In this document: one piece after another, positions 25,042-32,975 of the stretch
Layout of the letters: every line of letters begins with the position of its first letter
Numbering within the stretch: position 1 is the first letter of the stretch
Virus record (IMG/VR): IMGVR_UViG_3300025000_000248
DNA: 37,620 nt
Reading direction: 5' to 3' (one strand)
Source: a virus
Position numbers and translations under genes: made by a program
The notes under the pieces: model-generated
Databases searched by the model: none
What the model was told of the DNA's origin: nothing
Seen by the model: only the letters and a program-made list of their open reading frames with translations

Positions 25042-25752
25042 TTAAGCTACCTCTACTACGTTAGAGCTTGTGCTGTATGATCCATTAACGACTTGTTTCA
25101 CATACCACCCTGCAGCAATAGGCACCTCTGCAAATGTATGAGTTGTAGCATCCCCAACCAAGGTGTAAGCCCCAACTTGTGCGTTAGCAGCATTGAACAG
25201 TAACAGTATTGCAAGTTTGGTGGCATCTGCTACATCAATAGTTTGTACTCCTCCAATACTACCAGTGGCAACAACTGGAGGAGGGGCCACATTTATAATG
25301 TTAGATGAAGGGCTGTCTGCCCCGCCTACGGTTTGGACTACATAATACCCCATGCCGGGAGCAACGCTTGTAAACTGACAAGTAGTGTCAACCCCTGTCA
25401 AAGTTATAGTACCCACCAGCACTCCAATAAGGTCATATAAAGTTATGGTTGCTAGCTCATCCGCACCAACAACATCGATAGTAAGCTCACCATTACCACT
25501 ACCTGTGCTTGTGACTGCTTCTGGGTAATAGTCATAGATAACATGAGCATAGTCAACCTTAAATGCTGCCCCTAATCCGGGTAAATAATTTTCCATCCCA
25601 CCCTCTTCAGATACATGTTCACCCTTAATGGTGAAGTCAGTACCCAATCCTGGGATGTAGGTTTCTGCTCCCCCTACCTTGTCAATATGGTTAGGGTTTA
25701 GGAAGAATGCAGTACCCAGCCCAGGGATATAATCTTCTCCACTCTTAGACAT
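25042..25752 (-). CDS. Repeat protein: 3x (D/T/N)Y(I/L)PGLG(T/A)(A/D)F repeats, then two Ig-like approx 90-aa repeats (likely virion or decoration protein)
   Basis: Internal repeats visible in the translation. Confidence 0.5.
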   Translation of the reverse strand: MSKSGEDYIPGLGTAFFLNPNHIDKVGGAETYIPGLGTDFTIKGEHVSEEGGMENYLPGLGAAFKVDYAHVIYDYYPEAVTSTGSGNGELTIDVVGADELATITLYDLIGVLVGTITLTGVDTTCQFTSVAPGMGYYVVQTVGGADSPSSNIINVAPPPVVATGSIGGVQTIDVADATKLAILLLFNAANAQVGAYTLVGDATTHTFAEVPIAAGWYVKQVVNGSYSTSSNVVEVA

Positions 25753-25818
25753 AATAAAGCCCCCTTTCAGATTTAATATTATGTATTATCTGAAGGGAGC
25801 TTATGTGATTAAACGGAG

Positions 25819-26055
25819 CTATTTATTTTGTCTAGCGCACACCTGTATAATCAGATTTATGAGAAGGTCAAATTTATTACTGCTTATTTCTACCATACCA
25901 CTTTCACTGGGCCAAGAACCACTACTATCGGGAAAGCACCAAGTGCAATACAACCACTCAAATAACACGTACTTATCTTTATGATTGGCAAAATATTTAT
26001 AAACTTCACCTTCACCATTGCACTCTTTACAGTCTTGCTTAGCATCCTCTTGCAT
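25819..26055 (-). CDS. Small Cys-containing hypothetical protein
   Basis: ORF of 78 aa with TAAGGGG ribosome-binding site. Confidence 0.45.
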   Translation of the reverse strand: MQEDAKQDCKECNGEGEVYKYFANHKDKYVLFEWLYCTWCFPDSSGSWPSESGMVEISSNKFDLLINLIIQVCARQNK

Positions 26056-27026
26056 TGTATACCCCTTAATTAAACAAGGTAGCCAAGGTGTACAATATCT
26101 TGGCTACCTATTTGCGACCTTTAGGGTAAGTCGCCCACCCCAGTAATTATTAAGCATGTCGTTAGTGCGTGCATGCCCAGAGTTTCATTAACGCTAGAAA
26201 CTCTCTGAGTACTACTGAAAACTCATAAACTATGCGACCGTTAAAGGACAACGGTGAGTCCTAGGGATGAACAATAGAGCTTGATCAGAGCTGTTTCTGT
26301 CCCTACTCACAATACTAGAACATCTAACATATTCCATTAGGTAGCCACCTGAAGACTGCTTATACCTAGTACTATGAGTAAGGACAGTGTGGGAATTCTA
26401 CCCACGTTGGTAGAGTGCACTCCTGCCAACCGAGTCTAACAACTGTACTTACCTCAGCTTTGTCATACATGGGACTAATACCCAACGGATGGTTCCCATT
26501 GTGCTAGGCAGCTACCCCTCTCACACAGTTTCGAGTAACGGACTAAAACTGTCCAGAACCAACAACACTCGTAAACAAACGGCACTGTTTTTGACAGGGT
26601 ATGCTCCCCCTGTTAGAATAAAAAGAATTTAGCCATGCACATGTGATACACTACCCTAAGGTTGCTACTCACAATCATAAATGCTTGCTTTATCCACTTC
26701 TACTCTAATCCACACACGCTGTGTTATAATGATGCTAACAGATCATCATAAGCCAGAAACAGCACACAGGGATTAAGGTAGAATTAGGGGCCAGAGACAG
26801 GACTTTATACCTGCATTCCTCACGCTTTTAGGCATGTGCTTTTGGATTAAAGCTACTCTGGCATGTAAAATGAGGGCATAGATTTGCACCATGCACACCC
26901 TGCTAGTTTTCGGTTTACCTTGTGATCAGCCCTTACCCCACCTTAAACAAGTATGGTACCATTAAGGTTTCTTGCACGACTTGTTCACTCTAAAGCGTCT
27001 ATCCATTCCGCCACCCCACAGAATAT
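26056..27026. other. About 970-bp ORF-free segment (no ORF of 60 aa or more in six frames) with balanced GC and many local stems: candidate structured ncRNA(s) or degenerate tRNA-like elements. It begins with the palindrome GGTAGCCAAG-11 nt-CTTGGCTACC (26078-26108).
   Basis: Absence of ORFs in the six-frame track plus visible stems. Confidence 0.4.
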
Positions 27027-27281
27027 TTAACTGCTACCTAAACGTCTTTTGGCCTCTTCCAGAATTTCAATAGCCCGGTCAGCGTCATCAGATATACTCT
27101 CTATCAAACCCGCCATCCCTGAATTAATTGGCCTAGCTACTGCCCCCTCCGGATTGGGGTGTATAGAATGCAATACCATGAAAGAAAGTTCAGCTAAACG
27201 AGATACCTTAGCTTCTAGAGACTGTAAACTTGACCAAATTGAGTCCTCAGAAACACATTTCGCAACAGAATTCATATTCAT
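27027..27281 (-). CDS. Hypothetical protein (start refined to MNMNSVAKC with GAAGGAGG ribosome-binding site, which avoids overlap with the tRNA)
   Basis: ORF with ribosome-binding site. Confidence 0.45.
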   Translation of the reverse strand: MNMNSVAKCVSEDSIWSSLQSLEAKVSRLAELSFMVLHSIHPNPEGAVARPINSGMAGLIESISDDADRAIEILEEAKRRLGSS

Positions 27282-27307
27282 TATATTTCCTCCTTCAAGT
27301 ATGTAAT

Positions 27308-27384
27308 TGGTAGGCCACATAGGATTTGAACCCATGACTCCCGAGATATAAGCTCGGTACTCTAACCAACTGAGTTAGTGGCCT
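27308..27384 (-). tRNA. tRNA with anticodon UAU (Ile, AUA-reading) and encoded CCA
   Basis: Folded by hand. Acceptor AGGCCAC/GTGGCCT is 7/7, D arm ACTC/GAGT, anticodon arm CCGAG-CTTATAT-CTCGG, T arm ATGGG-TTCAAAT-CCTAT, 3' end ACCA. Confidence 0.7.
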
Positions 27385-27388
27385 ATTA

Positions 27389-27463
27389 TGGCGGCAAGGT
27401 GTAGGGATCGCACCCACGTTAAGAGTTTTGGAGACTCCTGTTCTACTACTGAACTAACCTGCC
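27389..27463 (-). tRNA. Probable tRNA-Trp (anticodon CCA) with encoded CCA and atypical T arm
   Basis: Acceptor GGCAGGT/CCTTGCC is 6/7, D arm GTTC/GAAC, anticodon arm GGAGT-CTCCAAA-ACTCT. T loop is TGCGATC (G55, unusual). Confidence 0.5.
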
Positions 27464-27832
27464 ATTTGCAGTTAGAGTGAGTTTCGCTTGACACAGCTAC
27501 TACTCACCCTTTTCCACCTAGGAACTGAATAACACAAGGTGTCAGTTTATAAAGATTGCCGTCCCCCTAGGCTAAGTCAGTTGCCCTGCGTGGTTCTACT
27601 GACAATGTACGGATAGTTCCTTCTCAGTTCCAGTTTCGTCGTTTACTGCTAGCAACTATCAAGCGTTAACTCTCGCCCTATTATGGCGACAGCACGTCAT
27701 TAGGGTAAACCTAGAGCTTGTGGCCCTAACCAACTCCATCGCTTTGTGAATGTCTACGGGGGACTAGCCTGTGCAAGACGCTTGAAGTCATGGAGTTGGG
27801 TAGGGGCATATGCCCCTTGAACTATCTGCTTA

Positions 27833-28726
27833 TCACTTCGCTGCAGGTAGTGGTAAACTTATCATATTGTTTCCGCCAGAAACCATAGACAATTTACCAT
27901 CCCAGTGTAATGCAAGCTGGTACTGAATCAGCTCTGGAGTTATAGATGCTTGTAGCAATTTATTAGAATTAGCTTCTCCAGTAGCTTTTATAACAGAAGC
28001 ATCTGCTATACCTTGGGCATCCACTCTAGCCTTGTTAGCGGTAACTGTGGATTGTGTTAATTCAATCTCCATTTGTTGGAGCTTTTGTTGAGCATCCACC
28101 TTAGCTTGAATAGCTTTCATGGTATCTTCGTCCGGCCTAATTTCTCCAAATGAAAATGTTTCAACCTCTAGGCCAAAGGGTGTCAAGTCTTTGATCAGTA
28201 TTGCATGTATTTTTTCTTGGATTTCTGTACGCTTGTTTCCGTAAAGGTCAAGAACACTGTAGCTAGATGTTACGGCCTGGGATGCAGTCTTTACTTGCTG
28301 CTTGAGGTATCCCGACTGTATGCTCTCAATGTCTGCACCTTTAAAACGATTAAATATTTCCGGTAATTTGTCCACATTAGCGTGGTAAGTAAAATATGCG
28401 TCAACTGATACCGGCTTACCCTCCATTGTGGAGGTATTATAGGAATCATCATTGGGAGAACCTTCTGTCTTAGCCTTAGTTAGCCATACAGTTTCGGTTG
28501 AAACTGGGTATTCCCTAACACTCTTCCAAGGGGCTACTGGGTGCACCCCTTGACCTAACGTGACATCTTCCAGCCCCCCACTCATGTTGTAAATGACCCC
28601 AGCATGCCCTGGATTAACCTTTGTTGTGCAAATTACCCCCAGAATTAGAAGTATTAGCATCCCCACTACTGTTAGAATCGCTCCCTTTGAAAACTTTGGT
28701 AACCCCAGATCTAGATTTCTCCTCAT
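27833..28726 (-). CDS. SPFH/band-7 (prohibitin/HflK/C/stomatin-like) membrane protein
   Basis: N-terminal TM, then VNPGHAGVIY...FGLEV...TMKAIQAKVDAQQ...ANKARVDAQG pattern. AAGGGAGGAAA ribosome-binding site. Confidence 0.8.
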   Translation of the reverse strand: MRRNLDLGLPKFSKGAILTVVGMLILLILGVICTTKVNPGHAGVIYNMSGGLEDVTLGQGVHPVAPWKSVREYPVSTETVWLTKAKTEGSPNDDSYNTSTMEGKPVSVDAYFTYHANVDKLPEIFNRFKGADIESIQSGYLKQQVKTASQAVTSSYSVLDLYGNKRTEIQEKIHAILIKDLTPFGLEVETFSFGEIRPDEDTMKAIQAKVDAQQKLQQMEIELTQSTVTANKARVDAQGIADASVIKATGEANSNKLLQASITPELIQYQLALHWDGKLSMVSGGNNMISLPLPAAK

Positions 28727-28871
28727 TGTTTAACATTTCCTCCCTTAAATAGGAGGACACCCTGTCCACTCCCCCACCTAACCTTTTAAATAAAGGACTC
28801 AGCGCAAACCATATAAGTACAAAAGCGAGAACAATAAGTATTGGAATAGCTGGCATTATGAACAATGGCAT
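28614..28871 (-). CDS. Small membrane protein overlapping the SPFH gene start by about 113 nt in another frame (NfeD-like partner?)
   Basis: Very hydrophobic N-terminus. The overlap makes the exact extent uncertain. Confidence 0.35.
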   Translation of the reverse strand: MPLFIMPAIPILIVLAFVLIWFALSPLFKRLGGGVDRVSSYLREEMLNNEEKSRSGVTKVFKGSDSNSSGDANTSNSGGNLHNKG

Positions 28872-28877
28872 CCCTCC

Positions 28878-29035
28878 TTAATGTATGTGCAAAGGGTAGG
28901 CTAGGAATCGAACCTAACTTCAACCGCCACTTATGTGTAGTAACTGATACTCCCAAGAGAGTATGTAGGAGTCGAACCTAACTTCAGAGCCTCTCACATA
29001 TAGTAGTTGCTACCCTTAACTATGATACCAGATTG
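28878..29035 (-). tRNA. Two tandem tRNA-like elements sharing TGAAGTTAGGTTCGA(C/T)TCCTA T-arm motifs. Full cloverleaves could not be resolved by hand.
   Basis: Canonical GGTTCGANTCC T-loops on the minus strand at about 28895-28905 and about 28968-28977. Acceptor pairing was not found. Confidence 0.3.
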
Positions 29036-29255
29036 TGGGAATTGTAGAAGGCTGGTGATAGAGATCCTTACGCATAAGGACTTATTATGCCATACACTTA
29101 ACACTTTCACCCACCACTGACTAGGTCCAGCTTAAAATAGTACTCATGTTGTCTAACATGATTCCTCGCCTACCAAGCCGTCCTACTTAACGCTGTACAA
29201 CATTTATAGGCCCAATTCTTCTCGGCTTTTCACTGGGCAGTCGCTAGACTGCTTA

Positions 29256-29459
29256 ACCTGGTATCATAATTAAAGGTAGGCATATGCCTCCCAAGATAAA
29301 TATGCGGGGGTAAGGATTTGCACCTTACATGATAGGAGTTTACCCTCGATTAAGCCTATCCCTCTGTCTGCAACCCTCTTAAGGACTTAGGTTTATTTAT
29401 GCAAACAATCGGGAGCGTCTACCTTTTCCGCCACCCCTGGTATCATAATTAAAGGTAGG
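29256..29459. repeat. 24-bp direct repeat CCTGGTATCATAATTAAAGGTAGG at 29256-29279 and 29436-29459, plus an inverted near-copy at 29009-29032
   Basis: Seen in sequence. Confidence 0.8.
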
Positions 29460-29525
29460 AAGTCGGTGGAATCTCACCCTCCAAGGTTTGCACCTTTGCG
29501 TATTCACTACACTACTTCCATATGT

Positions 29526-29602
29526 TGGCAGTACATACAGGAATCGAACCCGTGTTACTAGCTTGACAGGCTAGCGTCCTATAACCCCTAGGAGAACGTA
29601 CC
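29526..29602 (-). tRNA. tRNA-Asp (anticodon GUC) with encoded CCA
   Basis: Anticodon arm CTAGC-CTGTCAA-GCTAG, T arm ACGGG-TTCGATT-CCTGT, acceptor GGTACGT/ATGTACT (2 G-U pairs), 3' end GCCA. Confidence 0.65.
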
Positions 29603-29609
29603 AAGTTAA

Positions 29610-29951
29610 TTAGAATATCTTGTTAGACAGAGTAGCATTTACCTCAATAAGCGGTAGCCCACCTATAAGGAACTTTATAATTCCCTCTAACTGACCATCT
29701 TCATCTAAGATACTGCATATACTGCCGGCACTAGAGCATCCATAGATAACTGTGTTTGTGCTGTTAGCAACATAGCCAACTTTGTCTAGGTTTTCCATGT
29801 ATATGGCAATTGCTTCAGTATCAAAAGGATTATCCCTTTCTCTAACAAGCTTAACTTTTGCACCTAGTTTAAAGATACTTGTTAAAGAAGAACCCTCAAA
29901 TACTCTAGGATTACAACTATTAGCCACTACCATATTTACATATTTAACCAC
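29610..29951 (-). CDS. HIRAN-domain-like protein
   Basis: ...GAKVKLVRERDNPFDTEAIAIY...KVGYVA resembles the HIRAN G-x-V-x-L-x-REP-x-N-x-YD-x-NAI signature. Confidence 0.45.
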   Translation of the reverse strand: MVKYVNMVVANSCNPRVFEGSSLTSIFKLGAKVKLVRERDNPFDTEAIAIYMENLDKVGYVANSTNTVIYGCSSAGSICSILDEDGQLEGIIKFLIGGLPLIEVNATLSNKIF

Positions 29952-30498
29952 ATTGTCACCACCATTCTGTTAGTTATTGATGAGCACTTGTGGGCTTTCC
30001 ACCCACTCGTCGGTTTGTGGCTTATAAGTCCACCATAACTCGTCTCTTACGTCAGGTTGGTTACTGACAGCCTTACGGACTACACTCAGTTAGCCTTTAC
30101 ATCAGGGGAGTGTAGCGTTATTTTGTCCACGAACTATCGAACTACTGTCTTGACCACATGGGCATTTTAGGGCTTGCACATAGGCATAGTTGCTTAAGCT
30201 CAACTTAGCTCTTTGACCTGCAACCACAGGCTACAGAGTACCTATATAGCCTTTCTCGGGCAGTAGTTCTCTTTATGCTCTACTATGAAGCACCTAATCC
30301 CTACACCTCTGTGCTTCGTGCCACGTATCCCGACACAACGTGGTTCCCCTCGAATATCCTTGGAAGGTTCAGAGGGAGTCAGGAGGTCTACTAAACATTT
30401 AGTGTGTCAATAAAACACTCCTCTGCTTTTCGTCCTCACCGTCGTGCCCCTGAACACTTTGAAAAAACCACCCATCCAAAAGTTTTCTCTTGTTAAGC
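29952..30498. other. About 550-bp ORF-free segment between the HIRAN gene and the sigma gene: candidate structured ncRNA
   Basis: No ORF of 60 aa or more; GC-balanced; several inverted repeats. Confidence 0.35.
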
Positions 30499-31038
30499 TC
30501 AATATATATCTGGGCCATATTTCTCCACCAGTTTGCTGTACTCTTTAAGATATTTGATGCTAAGAAAGTAAACTCTAGCTTGTACCCTATTAACTGAAAC
30601 CCCCTCTTCAGCAGCTAGCTCTCTTAAAGATTTCTTGTGTATTATGAGTCCTTCCATTAACTTCCGGTGTTTCTCCCCCAACACTATGCTAGGATCAATA
30701 CTCATCATGTCTATAGCACGCTGTATATCCTTCTCATTATAACTCTGCTCATATGCAGAAAAATCCTCTTCACATGTCTCCTTATTTACCACTCTCAAGT
30801 ATTTTGTGATATGGTGGTATACTCGGAATTCCAACATCTTCTTAATATAATATGGAAAGTCCACTCCACGTTTAGGGCTATACTCATTGACCAATTGAAT
30901 AAATAACATGTTTACTGCTGCAAATAAGTCTTCCCTATCTGCCCCGTTATGCATCATGTGAACAAATTTTTTAGTCATGGCTTTACGGAGTGGCTCATAA
31001 TTTCTAAACAGTGTTTCAGGATCTAACATTAAACTCAT
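30499..31038 (-). CDS. Phage-encoded sigma-70-family sigma factor (regions 2 and 4 only)
   Basis: Region 2-like DLFAAVNMLFIQLVNEYSP...FPYYIKKMLEFRV and region 4 HTH SLRELAAEEGVSVNRVQARV. Confidence 0.7.
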   Translation of the reverse strand: MSLMLDPETLFRNYEPLRKAMTKKFVHMMHNGADREDLFAAVNMLFIQLVNEYSPKRGVDFPYYIKKMLEFRVYHHITKYLRVVNKETCEEDFSAYEQSYNEKDIQRAIDMMSIDPSIVLGEKHRKLMEGLIIHKKSLRELAAEEGVSVNRVQARVYFLSIKYLKEYSKLVEKYGPDIY

Positions 31039-31337
31039 TTATCCATCACCAACCCATACTCACCTGTTATTATAGAGGAATATAGTATACATGTATCAAT
31101 TCTACCGGAGTTCTCAATGCCATAATACCCATAGGACACAACTAAAAAATGGCTGTATACCTTTTCTATCCTAACCACCCTTGATTCTTGATCATGAGGA
31201 TTGAGCATCAGTGCTCGTACTCCCACCAACTTCTGGTACTTGTTTTGCATGTTTCTAAACATGAGGGTAGCCTCAGTTGCCTGAGGCTTTTTTGCTTTCT
31301 TTTTATGTTCTTCCAGTTTTTCTAGGAATTGTTTCAA
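31035..31337 (-). CDS. Hypothetical protein
   Basis: ORF of 100 aa with a 4-bp overlap with the sigma gene. Confidence 0.45.
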   Translation of the reverse strand: MKQFLEKLEEHKKKAKKPQATEATLMFRNMQNKYQKLVGVRALMLNPHDQESRVVRIEKVYSHFLVVSYGYYGIENSGRIDTCILYSSIITGEYGLVMDK

Positions 31338-31348
31338 AATAAATCCCC

Positions 31349-32632
31349 CTATTTGTCGTCCCTGAACTTGACAAATGTAGGAAACCGTAGAGATTTTGTC
31401 CCCTTCTGGTTGCTGGTAATCTCCTGGTATCTGATCTCAATGGTTCTGTCTATGAGATCATTGCGTCTAGCCCATAGGTTATCCCGCTCACCATTCTTCT
31501 TCTTAAACCCAGAACCTACGTTGACGGAGTTACCTTCAAAATCCACTACTAAAGCTCCCAACGTTCCTTCAAGATCAGTACCTTTTTTACCTTCTTCAAC
31601 TCCAATGACTACTAGATCAATTGTCTCCATAGGCTTTAGTTTCTGTAATGAGTGTGTACGTTTACATTCATACACAGCATCTAGATCCTTAATCATCACA
31701 CCTTCATGCCCAGCATCAGTAAGATCTCTATATGACTTCATTACTTCAACCTCATCATCCCCTGTAAAAAACTTACCAGGCAGTTCACGATTTAGGAAAT
31801 TAGCACCCTCAGTATCAATACTAACTGACATTGATCTGAGTCTTCTGTATAAGGGTTGCGTGCCTTTACCTTCTCTAAATTCATGTATAGGTACCATGTC
31901 AAAGATGTTTAGTACACCATCTTTATCAGTTTTACCTAATTTAAATATATCCTTTTGTGTAGAGCTAAAAGATTGATCACGAGACATTATCTCCCCATCA
32001 TATACAAACCCTTTGATGGTACGCAATTTAAGTTCATGCTCTATACCTGTGTACCCAATTATGCGATGCCCATTACGAGTAAACAATTCCACCGTGTCAT
32101 CATCTAAATGAAACCCCAGACATCTGTACCCATCCCACTTAATCTCTTCTATAAATCGTTTAGGCCACTTCTTAAATGGGTGTGCTAGCATACAATCAAA
32201 AGTAGGAATGAACCCCTTCTCAGCTTTGTTGATACTCTTGTCTGTCATGCCAATTTTAAGGTCTTTCTGAAGTACCTTGGAGTACCACTTAACCTCAACC
32301 TCAGAACATAAGCTCAAAAATACAAATACTGCATCAATTGCTAAGTTTCCAGTCATTTTTCTGTCCTGTAGATCCTGTAACAAGTCCATGAATGACACAA
32401 ATCTGTCTCCACAGCTTCCACAGTCACATGGACTGACATCTGGCACTTTTTTAATATTATACATTCTGAAGGGGTTATAGGTGGCCTCAACTAATTTACG
32501 GAATGCTGGATTCCTCATGCCCGTCTTGATATAGTCATCTTTTGTATTACGAGAAGCAGTACTACCAATAGCCTCAAATAGATTAAAACATTCTTCAATT
32601 AAGCGTATTTCCAATGTGTTTTCCCCTTCCAA
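31349..32632 (-). CDS. ATP-dependent DNA ligase
   Basis: Motif I KWDGYR, motif III FVYDGEIM, motif IV EGVMIK, motif VI RFPTFVKFRDDK. Confidence 0.9.
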   Translation of the reverse strand: MEGENTLEIRLIEECFNLFEAIGSTASRNTKDDYIKTGMRNPAFRKLVEATYNPFRMYNIKKVPDVSPCDCGSCGDRFVSFMDLLQDLQDRKMTGNLAIDAVFVFLSLCSEVEVKWYSKVLQKDLKIGMTDKSINKAEKGFIPTFDCMLAHPFKKWPKRFIEEIKWDGYRCLGFHLDDDTVELFTRNGHRIIGYTGIEHELKLRTIKGFVYDGEIMSRDQSFSSTQKDIFKLGKTDKDGVLNIFDMVPIHEFREGKGTQPLYRRLRSMSVSIDTEGANFLNRELPGKFFTGDDEVEVMKSYRDLTDAGHEGVMIKDLDAVYECKRTHSLQKLKPMETIDLVVIGVEEGKKGTDLEGTLGALVVDFEGNSVNVGSGFKKKNGERDNLWARRNDLIDRTIEIRYQEITSNQKGTKSLRFPTFVKFRDDK

Positions 32633-32713
32633 TTAAATTAATCCCACATATGAATTTTTACTCTTAAAGGTAAAAAATGATAGGATCAGTAAGTCTTGAG
32701 CTGGCTCTCTTTT

Positions 32714-32742
32714 AATTTCTCATGAAACGGACGAAAAATCAA
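32714..32742 (-). promoter_or_regulatory. Sigma-A-type promoter P10 (degenerate): TTGATT-N17-GAAATT with CATGA -16 region
   Basis: Shares the TAATTTCTCATGA downstream block with P1-P9. Confidence 0.45.
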
Positions 32743-32747
32743 GCCCC

Positions 32748-32975
32748 CTATAGGAGGCTTGATACAAATAATTTCTTTGTGGCACAACTAGCACTTTTCA
32801 CTGTACACTCTGCATCCCTTCCCTTCCTTACTAAGTTCCTTACCTCCGCGTTATATAACCTTCTACCACATTTCTTGCAGTAAGGTAGGATTTTATTATG
32901 AACATGGTTTCTCCTGAATTCCACTTCAGATCTATCTGCGTGCTCGAATCCACAATTCCTGCACCTTTCTAGCAT
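32748..32975 (-). CDS. Small Zn-ribbon protein (CRNC...CKKC)
   Basis: ORF of 75 aa. Confidence 0.45.
   Translation of the reverse strand: MLERCRNCGFEHADRSEVEFRRNHVHNKILPYCKKCGRRLYNAEVRNLVRKGRDAECTVKSASCATKKLFVSSLL

Noticed and set aside
28878-29035. Calling the two T-arm elements firm tRNA genes with isotypes
   Set aside because: I could not pair acceptor, D or anticodon stems by hand, so they are reported only as tRNA-like.
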